Source: Paramecium tetraurelia (Eukaryota). From it: DNA of 64,000 nucleotides. Position numbers and translations under genes: made by a program. Every line of letters begins with the position of its first letter. Position 1 is the stretch's first letter. Shown here piece by piece: positions 40,745 through 54,583 of this stretch. The DNA is taken from positions 1-64,000 of the forward strand of contig CT868030.1 of the NCBI GenBank assembly GCA_000165425.1, given 5' to 3'. A model generated the notes under the pieces. That model ran no database searches. It saw nothing but the letters and a program-made list of their open reading frames with translations, and was not told where the DNA came from.

Positions 40745-41659
40745 TCAATTTAATTAGTGTCTACATACAGGGCATTCTCCTTTCTATTTTAGCCATTAAT
40801 CAATGCATTTAGAATGAAACTAGTGCAAACACTCCAAGATTCTATAATTTTATGAGTATAACACTATACTTGACTTAATCAGATTTTTTAAAATCAATCA
40901 TGCAAACAACACAATTTAAATTTTTCTAGTTAGGTATGTATTTCTATGTTGGTATCTATTTAATTTCACTTGAACTCATGGGTTGTGCTTGTCTTCTTTC
41001 TTCGACTTCTGGCTCTTCATCTTGGTAAAAGTAATTTTCTTAATAGTTTTCATCTTCCTCATCATCGTCATCATCGGCAGTATAGAATTAAACATTTGGC
41101 ATATTACAATATTGTTAGACTCTGATTGATGGCCCTATATTTTGGATTTGTATATGTTATCTCTAGCTTCCATTGGTTTGTAGATTAAATTAAATTGAAT
41201 CGGAACCAAAATTTACACTAGAATACTCGTAAATTTTTACTTAAAAGTGAAAGCCTCATTCATTTAATGTCTCATATTGTCCATTTATCTCTGAAATTAA
41301 GAATTAGGCCCAAAAATTTCTAGAGTTTTTAAATTGAATTACAATTAAAATTTGGAAATGGAACCATTCCGTCTTAATCGCTATCAGAACTATCTTGACT
41401 TTATTGGATATTGATATTTCTATTATAATTGTGTGAATTATTTGTTCTTTATTAAGGCTATCTTTATTGCTAATAATATTATTGCCTTAGTTATTATTAT
41501 TGTTATTGCTACGCTCTTCTCTCTCTTTATTACATTAAGCATTGTGTTTAATGTGCAACCTTGACTAGATTTATTTAGTACCAAACGATCTGCTTGGATT
41601 GACTTATGGCAAATTTAGCAATTTTAACGTGAATGTCTTTATTACTATTATCTATTCAT
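40745..41659 (-). CDS. RING-H2 E3 ubiquitin ligase with N-terminal C2HC (UBZ-like) finger
   Basis: C-terminal CVVCMIDF...[26 protein letters not shown]; N-terminal CQICHKSIQADRL^VAHQTQC; acidic linker. Confidence 0.88.
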
Positions 41660-41726
41660 CGAAATAAACTATTTAAATTATAGAAGAGTATGAATTGTTC
41701 TAGATTTAAATCATAAATTAAATTTC
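41660..41726. promoter_or_regulatory. 67-bp putative bidirectional promoter (RING-H2 / ubiquilin)
   Basis: Entire spacer between divergent start codons. Confidence 0.55.
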
Positions 41727-42865
41727 ATGACAACCATTTCAATCAAAATCAAACATGGAACAGATCAAATCGAAGTTATAGAAATCGACCCTAATGTCAC
41801 AGTGAAAGAATTAAAGGAGAAACTCACTCCCAAATTTAACTCAGAGCCTTCTTAAATGAAGATTATATTTCAAGGTAAAATACTAAAAGACAATGACATC
41901 CTTTCAAACGTGAATGTGAAGACTGATTCTACCATGCATCTAGTTGTTACAAAATGTATTTAAATAAACTAAACTAGAACAAACCTAACCTCCTTAATAA
42001 GTTCCACCTTAATAATAATAATAATAATAGGCCTAATAACCCGTAGGAGGATAATAATAAGGTTAAGGATTAGGAGGTGCAGGCGGTGCAGGTGGCATGG
42101 GAGGCTTCGGTGGAATGGGAGGTCTCGGTGGAATGGGAGGTCTCGGCGGAATGGGTGGAATGGGAGGACTCGGTGGCCTCGGAGGAATGGGAGGAATGGG
42201 TGGTATGGGAATGGATCCATAAATGATGATGTAACTTCTATCCAACCCAATGTACCAAGCATAAATTTCACAAGTATTTATCTTTTCTTATATATGTTAG
42301 GCATTGTAAAATCCACAAATAAGATAACAATTAATGTAACACCCTATGATGGCTTAAATGATTTAGTCTAACCCTTAAATTTAATAAATATTTGATAATC
42401 CTTAACTCTTTTAAATGTTCCTGAATCCTTAGGTAATTTAGATGGCCCTATAATAAATGGGTGGAATGGGAGGCATGGGAGGCATGGGTGGCCTCGGAGG
42501 AATGGGAGGCCTAGGTGGTTTAGGAGGAGTTGGAGATCAGCAGAATCCTCCAAATCCTAATAATGCATAAGTGCCTCCACCAGGTAGTTAAAACGCTTAG
42601 AATCCCATGGCAGGTTTTGATATACAGAATTTAATGAATTTGATGGGAGGTATGAGTAGTGAATTAAATTAAAATAGGAGGCATGGGTGGCTTGGGTGGT
42701 GCTCAATAAACACCTGAGGCTGCTGAGTAGAAATATGCTACTTAATTATAATAATTGCAAGAATTAGGCTTTACTAATAAATAAGTGAATTTGGAGGCTT
42801 TGATCGCCACTGGGGGGAATGTTGAGGCTGCAGTTGATAGAATCTTAAATATGATCGGCCCATGA
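41727..42865 (+). CDS. Ubiquilin/Dsk2-like UBL-STI1-UBA shuttle factor
   Basis: UBL (TVKELKEK...KIIFQGKILKDND...MHLV), M/N/P-rich STI1-like segment and UBA ([39 protein letters not shown]). Confidence 0.93.
42075..42530 (+). repeat. Coding GC-rich GG(M/L/F) tripeptide repeats in the ubiquilin gene (two blocks, ~42075-42215 and ~42458-42530)
   Basis: 9-bp-period ggaggc/ggtgga-atg/ctc units encode GGMGGLGGMGGL... Confidence 0.9.
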
Positions 42866-42919
42866 TATATTATTAGATTTTATTCATTATGAAATTTATA
42901 TTAAATATATTTAAATAAA

Positions 42920-44422
42920 ATGATTGATGGAGATGAATAGAAGAAAATGGAAAACGAGGGATCATATGGATATTTTACAATTTTAGCAGTTAAGTTTACA
43001 TCGTCTGAACAATAAATTGATAGGTTGATATTGATATTTAACTTAAGAAATTATAACACTCTAATAAAGTTTTACACTGACAAAGAATATCAGCAAGGAG
43101 ACAGCTAGGAAAATCTCAATAAAACCAATGAAGCCTACAAAATAATCAAGGACGAGAAGGTAAGTAAATTTCTATTATACAACAGGCCAGAGAATCCTAT
43201 ATGCACAAATTAATGATTAGATGTTACTTAAGCCAACCTTTCGATTTGATTTTGCCAAATAAACAAAGTATGGTCGTCTATTGATTAGGTGATAAATTGT
43301 GGCCTTTTTTTATATTTGAAGTGATTAAAGAAGGGAAATCCACAAGTGAGATTATGCAGTTCAATTTCTCAGCCCAAACCTTAACGGAATAAAAAAAGGA
43401 TGTAAGGACAAAAAGTTATATGTTTTCAAACATTTCAGTATCAATATTGCCGATTATTTTAAGTCAGCCTTGTATTCCAAAAAAGATGATGAATTCATAA
43501 TTAATTTTATTGAAAATGGCAAAATACTGTCTTAAAATTACAAAGCTAAATTTCAAAATCAAAGAGACCAACTTGTTAAACTGGCTATTTTTGCTAAAGA
43601 GATCTTTGAAGAAACTAAGCCTACCCTTGAATTTCATAATCCCAACACAAAACAAGATTTGAATTTATTTAAAGTGCAACATTACTCAATTGGAGAAAAT
43701 AGTAAAACCGTAAGTTCAAAAGTAACCAACTTGTTTTTTGATTAAGTATCAACAAAAAATTATTTCTTATGGAATGATTCATATATTCCACCACATTCCT
43801 TACTCAAAACATCTGCCTAAAAATTAGCAAGTTTGGGATAATCCAAGACTGTTCATTTCACTATTGGGAAATCACAAATGCTTGTCTCTAGAGATGAAGA
43901 CTTGCGCTAAATCATTTAAGTCATCCCTTTAAAGAAGGAATACTTGGCCTTCAGTAGGGACGAGAACGGTATTTATTGACTGAATTCCCTTTAGTCGTCT
44001 AGTTGTAAGTCCTTAACAACACTAGAAAGTACAGATTCCATGACAAACAAAGTGCTAGTTAATTTGTTTAGAAGCTTATTAGTGTCTAAAATCAAAAGGC
44101 TTCAGCTACTCCTTTGATGACTGAATATCCATTTGGATAGCATTTGTAGAATATTGTGAGAAGCAAGAAGTCTGCAATTCAAAAACTGAATTCCCAAATT
44201 GCTTAATACGAGTAGAAAGTCTAACAATTAAAAGTGCAGAGGTATGAAGTGTCCATTATTATGTATAGATAACAACTACTGTCAGAGTTTAATGATTTGG
44301 ATTTGGACAAAGTGGACGATGATGAGTTGATGATAAATAAGGAGAAGGAATAGCAGAATAAGCAGTCTTCTTTTGAGCCAGCTAGTTTATTTAAGGCTCC
44401 TGTTAAATTTAAGGATGAGTGA
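42920..44422 (+). CDS. Degenerate J-domain protein with probable PH-like domains
   Basis: YFTILAVKFTSSEQQIDR^NYNTLIKFYTDK...KTNEAYKIIKDEK^ARESY has a J-domain layout with YTD in place of HPD; downstream beta-rich segments (QIIQVIPLK); several introns. Confidence 0.6.
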
Positions 44423-44460
44423 ATGATAATAAATCTATAATTATATAACTATAAATTAAA

Positions 44461-46157
44461 ATGCCATCTTAAATCGATGTCTTTTAATTAACACATACCT
44501 CTACAGATGATGAAATTTAATTATGTGTTGACTGGATCAAGGCTTAATTGAAAGCAAAATAGACTGTTACTTTGTTAGTTAAGAAATGCTAAAGGCAAGA
44601 ATTGATACCATAAGTAACTGTAGATATAGTGACCATGATTTAATAAAAGATCAAGCAATTGAGTCAGGATCCGTAAACTAGGTTGAGTGAGGTTTAAGAG
44701 TTACTACAAATCTATAACTAGAAAGGAGTCAAGAATCAGACTATCTTGATTTAGTTATATGTAGAAAAATAGTAATTAATCTTAGATTGAACTTGCAAAT
44801 GCCAAACAACCTGAGGCCTAAGATAAAGCTATTGAACTGCTATGTAAAGTGGATGAGAAAATAAGAAAATAATTTACATCTTAATTTTCGTAATTTCTGA
44901 AAGAAAAAATTAAATAACTTATTGAAAATGGACAACAGGAAGCAAACCAATAAAATTTTAAGGAGGCTTTGGCTTTGTATTAGAAGGCACAAGAACTAAA
45001 CAACTATTACGAAGAAAAGGATACAACCATCTAGTTAAATGTAATAATATAATGAATTCTAGATTCAATTAGGAAATGCCTATCATTTCTTAAAATAATA
45101 TGATGATGCTTTAAATGTATGGGAGAAGTCTATCAAGTACATACAAGGTCAATCATAGTAATAACAATTCCAAAATGAATTAATATACATGTATAACACT
45201 GTTGGTTAAATTTATTATGACAAAAAACAAAATAATAAAGCTACCTCCTATTGGGATTCAGCAATAAGCATTTTGGAACAACAGAATGAATAAGAAAAAT
45301 TAGAACAACAATCCAAATAGTTATTAGGACACTTACTAAATAATGTAGGGATGATATACTATCAAAAAGGAGAGGTAAAGAAAGCCATCTAAAACTTTTA
45401 AAAAACAATAGAGGTTTACGAGAGTATTTACGGGAAAGGCCATATAAGCGTTGGGAATCGTTTAAATAATTTAGGTGAAGCTTACAGGAGTGATAAGCAA
45501 TATGATAAAGCTTTGGAGATGTTCAACAAAGCCTTAAGCATAAAGAAAGCAGAACTGCAAGTGCAACCCTCCAAGAGCTTAGCAAGTACCATAAATAACA
45601 TAGGTATGACTTTGTAAAATAAATAATCACACGAGGAAGCAATTGATTATTTCAAATAAGCTTTATAAATGTATAATGAGCCAGGAGTGTTTAGCGATCC
45701 AAATGCTGGAGATGCTGCTTTGTAAAAGAGCAATACAATGCATAGTATTGCTGAATGCTATAGAGCATTGCATAATTTAGACCCTTGCATCCAGTATTTC
45801 AGAGATGCCTATAAATACAAAGCTTAGGAATTGAAAATATTCCATAAATCAACTCAGCATACAGCAATACAATTGGCCTCAGCATTATTTTAAAAAAATT
45901 AATTTGAGGAATCTTTGAAAATATTTGAGGAAGTTTTGGATGGATAGAAGAAGGTGTATGGATAAGAATCTCAGATAGTGGCTTAGACAATCAATAATAT
46001 AGGAACTGTCCTGTCAGAATTAAAATAATATTAGAAGGCCTTGGAGAAGGTTCAAGAGGCAATTAGAATATTCGAAAAGAAATTAGATAAAAATGATCCA
46101 TACCTTCAAAAGGCATACGAGAATATGAAAAATATTAAATAAAAATTACTGGAATGA
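44461..46157 (+). CDS. TPR-repeat protein (kinesin-light-chain/TPR_12-type repeats)
   Basis: Repeats LLNNVGMIYYQKGEVKKAI, RLNNLGEAYRSDKQYDKALEMF and TINNIGTVLSELKQYQKAL. Confidence 0.9.
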
Positions 46158-46182
46158 AATTGTTACATAAATTTAAATATAA

Positions 46183-48938
46183 TCAAAATTAACCTACTAT
46201 TTTCATAAACACATCTTCTAAATTAGTTTGGCTTATTCCCCAATCTAAAAATAAGAAGGTAGAATTACCAGATATTTATAAATATTCTTTTTCTTTTTCA
46301 ATTTGCCAAAATATATCAGATACTTTACAACTCTTTTCTGATATTTAATAAATCAAATTGCCATTGAATTCAGATATCATTATGGATTAAGGTAGAATAT
46401 CTCTGATGAAATCTTTAACCTTATTAATGTAGAATTATGACCTAATTCAATAATTAAAATACTGTTATTGATTATGGATAGACTACAAGTATTTATCTCT
46501 ATGAATTTAAAGAGATAAGTGATATCCACCACCATAGATATTCTTCAATCTCTAAGGAGTTCCGAGACACTTAAGTACTCCTTGACTCATAATCCCTGCT
46601 AATAGGATTGTATGTCATACCTATTCTATTACATAAAACATCTGCTTCCTCCATGGAATGCGTGGTTAACACCATGGCTCTTCTTTCTCTGCATTGCTAA
46701 ATGATCTCCCACAATTATCTTCGATTATCAGGATCCAAACCTGTTGATGGTTCATCCAAAAATACGATCAAAGGCTCTCCGACTAACGCAATAGCTATTG
46801 ACAATCTTCGTTTCATTCCCCCTGAAAGTTATTAGGTTTAATAATTAAAATAAGGTTCTAATTTAACTTCAGCCATGCTCTATTATGCTCTAACTCTCTC
46901 CATATCTCTATGAACTCCTTTCAATCTTGCATAAAAGAGTAGGTGTTCTTCCACTGTTAATTCTGGCCAGAGCAAATCAAATTAAGGGCAAACTCCAATT
47001 CTCATCTAAACCTCCTTCATCTGTTATTTAATTGAGTAACCTCCTACGAATGCTGTACCATCAGAACACCCATATAATCCTGTAATAGTAGATATAATGG
47101 ATGTCTTCCCAGCTCCATTTGGACCCAACAAACCAAATATCTCTCCTTTCTCAACACACAAACTAAAACTCTTAACAGCAACCGTATTCTAATACATTTT
47201 CCTTACGTCCTTACAAACTAATGGATAATCTTCAAGATTCTTTAACTTGTAAACTTTCTCTCTCTCTTCCAGTACATCTGTGTCTTCTTCCAATTAGTTA
47301 ACATTCAATCCCAATTGATCCTCCTCATAAAACTCCATGTAATCAGTTTTTTTGAAGAATTTGCAAATCCAAGGCTCTGATGCAACTCCGAACTCTTGAG
47401 GGATGATTTCATGGAGATAGATCCCCATAATCGCAAAGAAAACAGTATTAAAATATAATGAGAATAAACATCCTTGTATCTCTGGACTTATTAATTCCAA
47501 TGACGAATAACATCCATGCTAAGATACACAAGCTTATTGTTAAAGATCAATCATATACCAAATGACAAGATATAGAACAGTCGACCAAATGCTATCTATG
47601 GTACTATTTAGAGATACCAAGGCAACTCCAAAGGATCAGGATAGATGGCCAGATTTATAGTCGATGCCATGATAGTGCCCCAAACAGAGATCAAGTATCC
47701 AATGATAGTTGCTGTTCTTGATTTATTCAAGAATACTTAAAAGAAGAATGATAATGAAATTTATGTTAATCCCCAACCGATTAATATTAGTAACTAAAAT
47801 GTTAAGAATTTGTACAATCAAATTAGAATCTGTATATTTAAACACTTATATTTCTATTCCATACAGGGCAACAAAATAAAACAGTATATAAGTGATAAAT
47901 GTGAGGATAGAATTGAAGAGATATTGCACTATCCAATAGTCAATCATTCTCATTCCATTCATTTTCATCATTTATAATAATCTTTCCTCCTTATCTAACA
48001 CTATTGCATAAAGAAACACCGGTAATAATAGTGACAATGAGAGCGGGAACAATAGAGCCCCCATTAAATTAATCGCTTTTTGTACCAAGTTCCTATCTTC
48101 TCCTATTAATGGCATATATTAGATTCCTGAAATCAGCCAAATTTTTGGATTCAATTAATGTAAGTACGCTCTTGTAATCAAATCAATCAATCCCACTTAT
48201 GCTTCTGCTACTAACATCAAATTATTAGTTTTATTTTCTGCTACTTTAAAAAATACCTTAGTGATTCCATTTGCTCTATGATATTCTGGAATACGCAGAT
48301 CATTCACTTAGATTGTGACGTTTAAATATTCTTCATTAGCATTATGGAATGTAAATGCTCCATCCGGTATCATCCAAATATCATCAAGATCTCTCCCCCT
48401 ATAAAATGGCTATGTATTGAGATATTATATCCTTTCATAAATATCCTCATTTATAGATATATCCGGTTATTCTAAAAATGGGATATTTCTCAATTCGCTT
48501 AAGTTGTTTGATTTACATCCTGGCTTTTAAAGAATATTTTACAAAAGTCCAGATGACCTAATATAATCATTTATTATTTAATTTTACATATTTTTTCCAA
48601 TTTAACCATCATTCCAACCAATAAAGTTTTATTCGCTGTGACTTAATTACGAAACATCGTAAAAATACCTAATTTTCAACACTTTGTTACCATTAGAGAC
48701 ACGATACATTGCTGAACATTGGAATTTGCGAATATATAAATGGAATATTCAATAGATATGGGAAATCTAATTAAAATGTCCATCCTGAAAATTTATCAAA
48801 AATTATTTCTTGTATGATATAGACTAGCACCAAGCATATTAAGGGTGTCAAAATCTAGCAAATATTAGTTCCTATCTATCGCGATTGAATTGAAGCATTC
48901 TTATAAAATAGAGCTCTAAATTGATAGCTCTTTTTCAT
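46183..48938 (-). CDS. ABC transporter subfamily A, half-size (one TMD + one NBD)
   Basis: [71 protein letters not shown] and QTNLEDVF. Confidence 0.95.
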
Positions 48939-49003
48939 AAAATTAATTATGACATAATCGATTAGTTATAATTCCATCATTTAATCATATTATATAATTT
49001 ATA
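48939..49003. promoter_or_regulatory. 65-bp putative bidirectional promoter (ABCA / TmcB-like)
   Basis: Entire spacer between divergent start codons; contains the palindrome ATTATG-A-CATAAT (48946-48958). Confidence 0.5.
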
Positions 49004-52000
49004 ATGAATTAAGCTGATCAAAGTCAATAAAGCCAAGACAGTTAATCCACCATGTTTTCTTATGATCCTAAACTATTCTCGCTTCTGTAAAAAGCCTTGT
49101 TGCTTGTGTCAAAATAGAAGTAAGCAATCAAATACCATAATAGACCTCAAAATCCTATTAAGTTTGTAGCAGATTATATGAAACAAAATCGTGATGATGA
49201 TTTCTGAATTGCTATCTATTTTATGTTACAATTCATGATAAACATTCCTTATCCCATTTTACCCATTCCTAAAACTTCTTAATTATTAATAGAGAATGAA
49301 TGCTTTATTTATTTATAGATTTATTTCTAATTTGTTAGATGTGATTATCTTAAGACCAAATTTTTTGTTTATTCTAAAATTGTACAAATAATTGTATTTT
49401 TTTTCAAATTTTTATTTGGTATGAAATATATTAAAAATAATTACAAAATATGATTACACAATTCAACAGGAAAGGCTAAATCAATTTGAAAGTGTTCATC
49501 CTGGAACGATTACTTCATTTACAGTATTTTGTAAGTCTTTAAAAAATGATGTTTTATTTTATTAGCATTTTAGGTGATTTCTAAGGCATTACATTTTTAT
49601 GGGTTCCTATTTTTGAATCCTAGAAATTAACATTTTTTTAAAATAAAATTAATTATGAGTCATTTATCATATACCTAAGCAGGATCGATGAGTTGATTAA
49701 TTTTCAATTTAATGCATCATTACAGTATTATTTGATTCCACTTTTGATTCAAATTTTGTTGTTTTTTATACCCTTACTTATATTGATATATCAATAAAAG
49801 AGGGAAAGAATACTAAAACTTACCATAGTCAACTTTTACATCAAGATTAGTTCAATCTTTTTTTAAACGTTTGTAACCTACTTATATGTGCCATTTACAG
49901 TGTTATGTACTTAAACATTACTTATTACTCTCAGCCAAAATTAATCTATTTTCCATTTAATTTTTGCAACATTTTCCCTCTTGTTAACCTTCATCATCCT
50001 AATCATCAACCTTGTGCTTAACAGAGAAACAATTGATTTAAAAGTAAATCGATTCTAAAAATTTAATTAAACGTTTCTGGATTATCTATAGGTAATCCTC
50101 TAGATATTATAAATTTTTGTTTATGGCATCATCAAGAGTGAAATTAATGGATAAACTTTATAAGGTGTCTTAGTTCTCACGATGTCCTTCATCAACATTG
50201 TGTAGGTCTTTTAATTTGAATACACGGATGTTCTGAGGACCAAATTTAGTTTGATGATTTCATCATTTGGCTGTGTTGCATCAATATATAGTCTAATTTA
50301 AAATCTCCAATAGGATTTAATTTATAAATTTACAAATACTGGAATTATAATGGTATACATAACCTTAAGCAAACTCTTATTGATATTTTATAGCTAAAGG
50401 GAAGAGAGCATACAAAACAATATTTTATTAATCAAATAACATAAGATCATCAAATATTATTTATCCAGACTGGTGACTGATGACCTATCAAAAAGTGAAA
50501 AGAGAATAAATCATTCAATTTTATTACATCAGATGAGTAAGATCTTCGAATAACACTCAAATGATTCAGAAGTTAAATAAACTGATATTACTATTTTAAC
50601 ATCTTAAAATTTAGATGTCTTTGTTTAAAAAAAACTAAAACAATATGTAAAGTGCATTTCTTAGATTAAAGGAATTGATTTACATTATGTAGCCTTATTG
50701 TATAGTTTTGGCTTTTCAAATATAGCTTTAATTTAGATAAACTCATTAATAAATAAATAATTAATTTAAACAAAATATAAAGGTTTCTTGGGAGATGGTG
50801 ATGCTCCAAGTAGCATTTTAGATAGTTCCTAAAAATATGCAGCTCATCAATCAGTTTCCAGTAAGTCATTGAGATCTAATACAGATGAAATTAATGATAT
50901 GGCGAAAAGAGCCTAGTTTAAAAAGAGTAAACTATTGATGATTGGGAATTATTAATTGTCATCTCTCAATACTGCTAGGGCATTGTTTTTGAAGAATCAG
51001 ATAAAAGAGAATTTGTAGTTCAGATTTTATGAGAATAATAATACTAAATCTTAGTTAAATGATATGAAATAAGGAGTTGAATTGTTTCTGAAGAATGAGA
51101 AAAGAAATTAGGGATTAAAAAATACAATGATTAAATTGATTAATGAAAAAGTATCCTTTACTTTGTAATTTACAACCAAAAAAGCTATTGATGCAGACTA
51201 ATTATATAATAAAGCAATCAAACTTAGTAAAATATAATAAAGTCTAGAAGATAAGCTGTTTATAAGATATTAATAATTCCCAAGTTTAAAAATCTAATCC
51301 ATCTTAGTATTTTATCAAGGGGAAATCTTGAATAATTTCATTGAAGCTCATAAATATAAGAATTTGACATCAATGCCAGAAGAACAATTAATCAACATGG
51401 ATGTTAGTATTAAGACAGCCTTTTTTTCGAAGAAAGTTGTTTATTTAAATATTTAGCTGGAATATAATTAAAATTTATTAATTACCAGCAAGTCTGAAAA
51501 TTCGTTGAAATTTTTTTAGATATCTTAAGAAGACTAAAAGCATTTTACTAATGTTGATTATCTCCTTCCTTTGGCTATAAAAAATGAGCACAGCTTATTA
51601 GTTTAACGATTTACATAAACAAGCAAATCAAAATTTTACTTAAATTCAAGTTAAACCTTTTTTAAATTAAATAACTTGCTAATAAAGTCATGCTAACTTC
51701 TATTTGACATTCATTTTGATAACATAAATCATTATAAGTTTTCTGCTTTTTTTTCAGAGAGCATAAATCAATCTGCTTATTTGTTGGTTGATATCAATCA
51801 AAAATTAGGAGGAATAACAGAGAGTTTCTTTGAAAAATTAGGATTAAATGAAGAATATTATAATTAATTTAATATGTAGGAATCAACACAATTACAAATT
51901 GATTATCTAATCCCTAACTTTAAAAAGTTAATCGAATCTAAATAATAAAATACAATCACTGAATTGAGATTCTTGAAGGAAGCCTACCTATTGGAAAGTT

Positions 52001-54531
52001 ATGGAGAGAAACTTAGGAATCAAACTCGATAATAGTCATTAACTTCGACTCACTGGTCCAATCTTGATTAGACATACATTTTTGAAGCTGAAATATGCAT
52101 ACAATACCATGATATATTTGGTTATAATTACTTCATTATAGAAATTAAAGATGTAAAACAATTAATAAATTCGAAAAGATCGTAAGTTTCAAGTAGAAAT
52201 AAAAAAGTGGAGGGATTAGAAGAGTTTTTTGAGTTATCTGAATTGTCAGAAGTTGAAGCTGTAGCTTAATCTCCTAAAATATCGAGGCAGCAAAATAAGT
52301 TCAAAATTTGTTATGATGAAAACATGGATGAGAATAAAATGATAGCAAAAATAGCATAAGAATTGGAAGAGAAATAAAAAGCAGATAAATAATAATAATT
52401 AGAATAATCATAATAGAAATAAGAAATCTCTTTCTAGTAGAATATTCTTAGTCCTAATTTTAGTAATGCTCCTTGGTAGGATCAATCTCAAATACCACTA
52501 CAAATACAACAAAGCATGTAACAGGACTACTTTCATAAGGACAATAGCGATGATAAATCATTTTCTTTGTACTAATCAAAAAATATCAAATTGGAAGAAT
52601 TAGAAGATGAATTCAAAAGTAGAATTGAAAAGTAAAAGGTTGCTGCCAGATAAAACAAGGATGTGGTAGGAGAAAAAGAATAATCTTCATCTAATAATGC
52701 ATTGAAGGGGATTAAGAAGTCAATCTTTTATAAAAAATATGAAACTATTTTTCAGTTGATTGGGCCTATCACTCCAACTACCTTAAAACTGTTCATAATG
52801 TTTTAAGAACTCACTTACATAATTGCGTTAACATATTTTATTATTATACTTGGGAGTGCATAAGTAGATTTAAATAGATTCATAGGTGAAATAGACATGA
52901 TCTAGTTGCATGCAGGAATAATGAATCCTCATGATTTGTATTTGCAGATTAGACAACCAATTATCACATATAATTCCTTTTTAGTTGCAGGTAAAATCAC
53001 TCAGGCAGAATTCAAAGAACTTACTGATCCCTTGTATGAGAATGTGGGTATTGGATATTACGAATTCAAAGAAGGATTTATATATTGGTTAGGTAATGAG
53101 TACTTGACTCCTTTTTTAAAGGATAAAAATATAACAGTGTACTACATGTTGTATAATGGATCTAAGACTTATCCGATTACTCAAAATATTAGAGAAGCAT
53201 TGATGGCTACCTTGTCATATTATTATGATTTCAAATTGAGATTTGAGGCAAGGTTGAGTACTGCTAATCAAACCTATTAGGTCTATCAATTTGCCAATAT
53301 TTATAACTTTCATTTCTGGTTAGAAGACGTGACAATGGAAGTTTACTAATATTCAAAGAATAGAAGTATAGATATCAGCAACAAGTGGAATATGATTTGG
53401 ATCATTTATCTGATGGTGAATATTTGTCCATTGTTTGCTAGTTTATTTTATTATAGGTTATTCAATTCGAAATTCGATCAATTGGTAAGTCTTTTTAAAT
53501 ATTGTTCATCATATAGAATGGAATTGGAGTTAGAAAGATTAAAGTACATTTTAAAAGTGCTGAACAAGAATAGCGATCTATTATTTAATTACTAATTTAA
53601 TATCGAATAAAAGGAAGAGGATATATTCAAGTTAAGGCAGGAGCATGAATAACAAAAAGTTAAGGATATAAAGATTTAGTAATAGTTCAAAAAGATATCG
53701 TTTGGCATCAAATTTATTGTTGTAATTCTTGGATGGATGATCTTTTTTGCTTTGAGTTTAGTTTCTAATATTCAAATCGGTGAATATTTAAACAAGTACT
53801 CAGCTACTGCCGATGCATATAAATTGATTTAAGATATGTCCTTGTATGCTGGAACACTTTATAGAAACAGAGATTTTGGATTAGCTTTTGCAAATTACCC
53901 TTACTTGAGGCCTTTTGACACAGAAAAGTTTTATTACACCATTAATACAGGTTTAGAAACAATATCTAAATTCTTACAATTCTCTTACACTTTCGATTCT
54001 AGTCAATATTAGACTTCTGAGGATTTCTTTAAATTCTTTCAATCCTTATAGGAATAAAATATTTGCATAGTATTGGGGGATGAAAATTTGGGGTTCTTAA
54101 AATAATATTGTGAAAAGTCATTGTAAGGTTCATTATTGTTAGGACTGTTTCCTACTTTAAAATTTATATCTAACTAAATCTCCAATCAAATGATGATTAA
54201 TAATTTTACTAAGAGAGTGGAGTTTAATAAGTATGAGAATGAAGGTAGTATTATAGTGCTGAGAGCATTTTAACTGATGAGCAAATAATTTAAGATAGGA
54301 ATGGTCAATGTTACAGAATAATAAATTACTATATGCAACACAATATCAATTATCTTTATTGTTTATTCATTACTATTGATGTCTTATTTACTATTCATTT
54401 TATTGCAAAAATTAAGGATTGAGTTGAATTTAGCCAGGAGATTTATTTTGTTAATACCATCAACTGTGTTATTCCTGGATGATCAATTTGATAGACATGT
54501 AAGAATTCTAATTGCAGGACAGGATTATTGA
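49004..54531 (+). CDS. Large multi-pass membrane protein with PAS-like domain (TmcB/tiny-macrocysts-like ciliate family)
   Basis: N-terminal TM bundle, helical region, PAS-like NVDYLLPLAIKNEHSLLVQRFTQTSKSKF, Q-rich linker and paired C-terminal TM segments; several tiny introns in the 5' part. Confidence 0.75.
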
Positions 54532-54583
54532 ACTCATATTTTTATATTCCAAAGAATAAGTTTCTAATATAACAAATATATTT

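Noticed and set aside
41969..42553. Pro-rich minus-strand ORFs in the supplied track (PPIPPRPP...)
   Set aside because: They are antisense shadows of the GGM/GGL repeats of the plus-strand ubiquilin gene.
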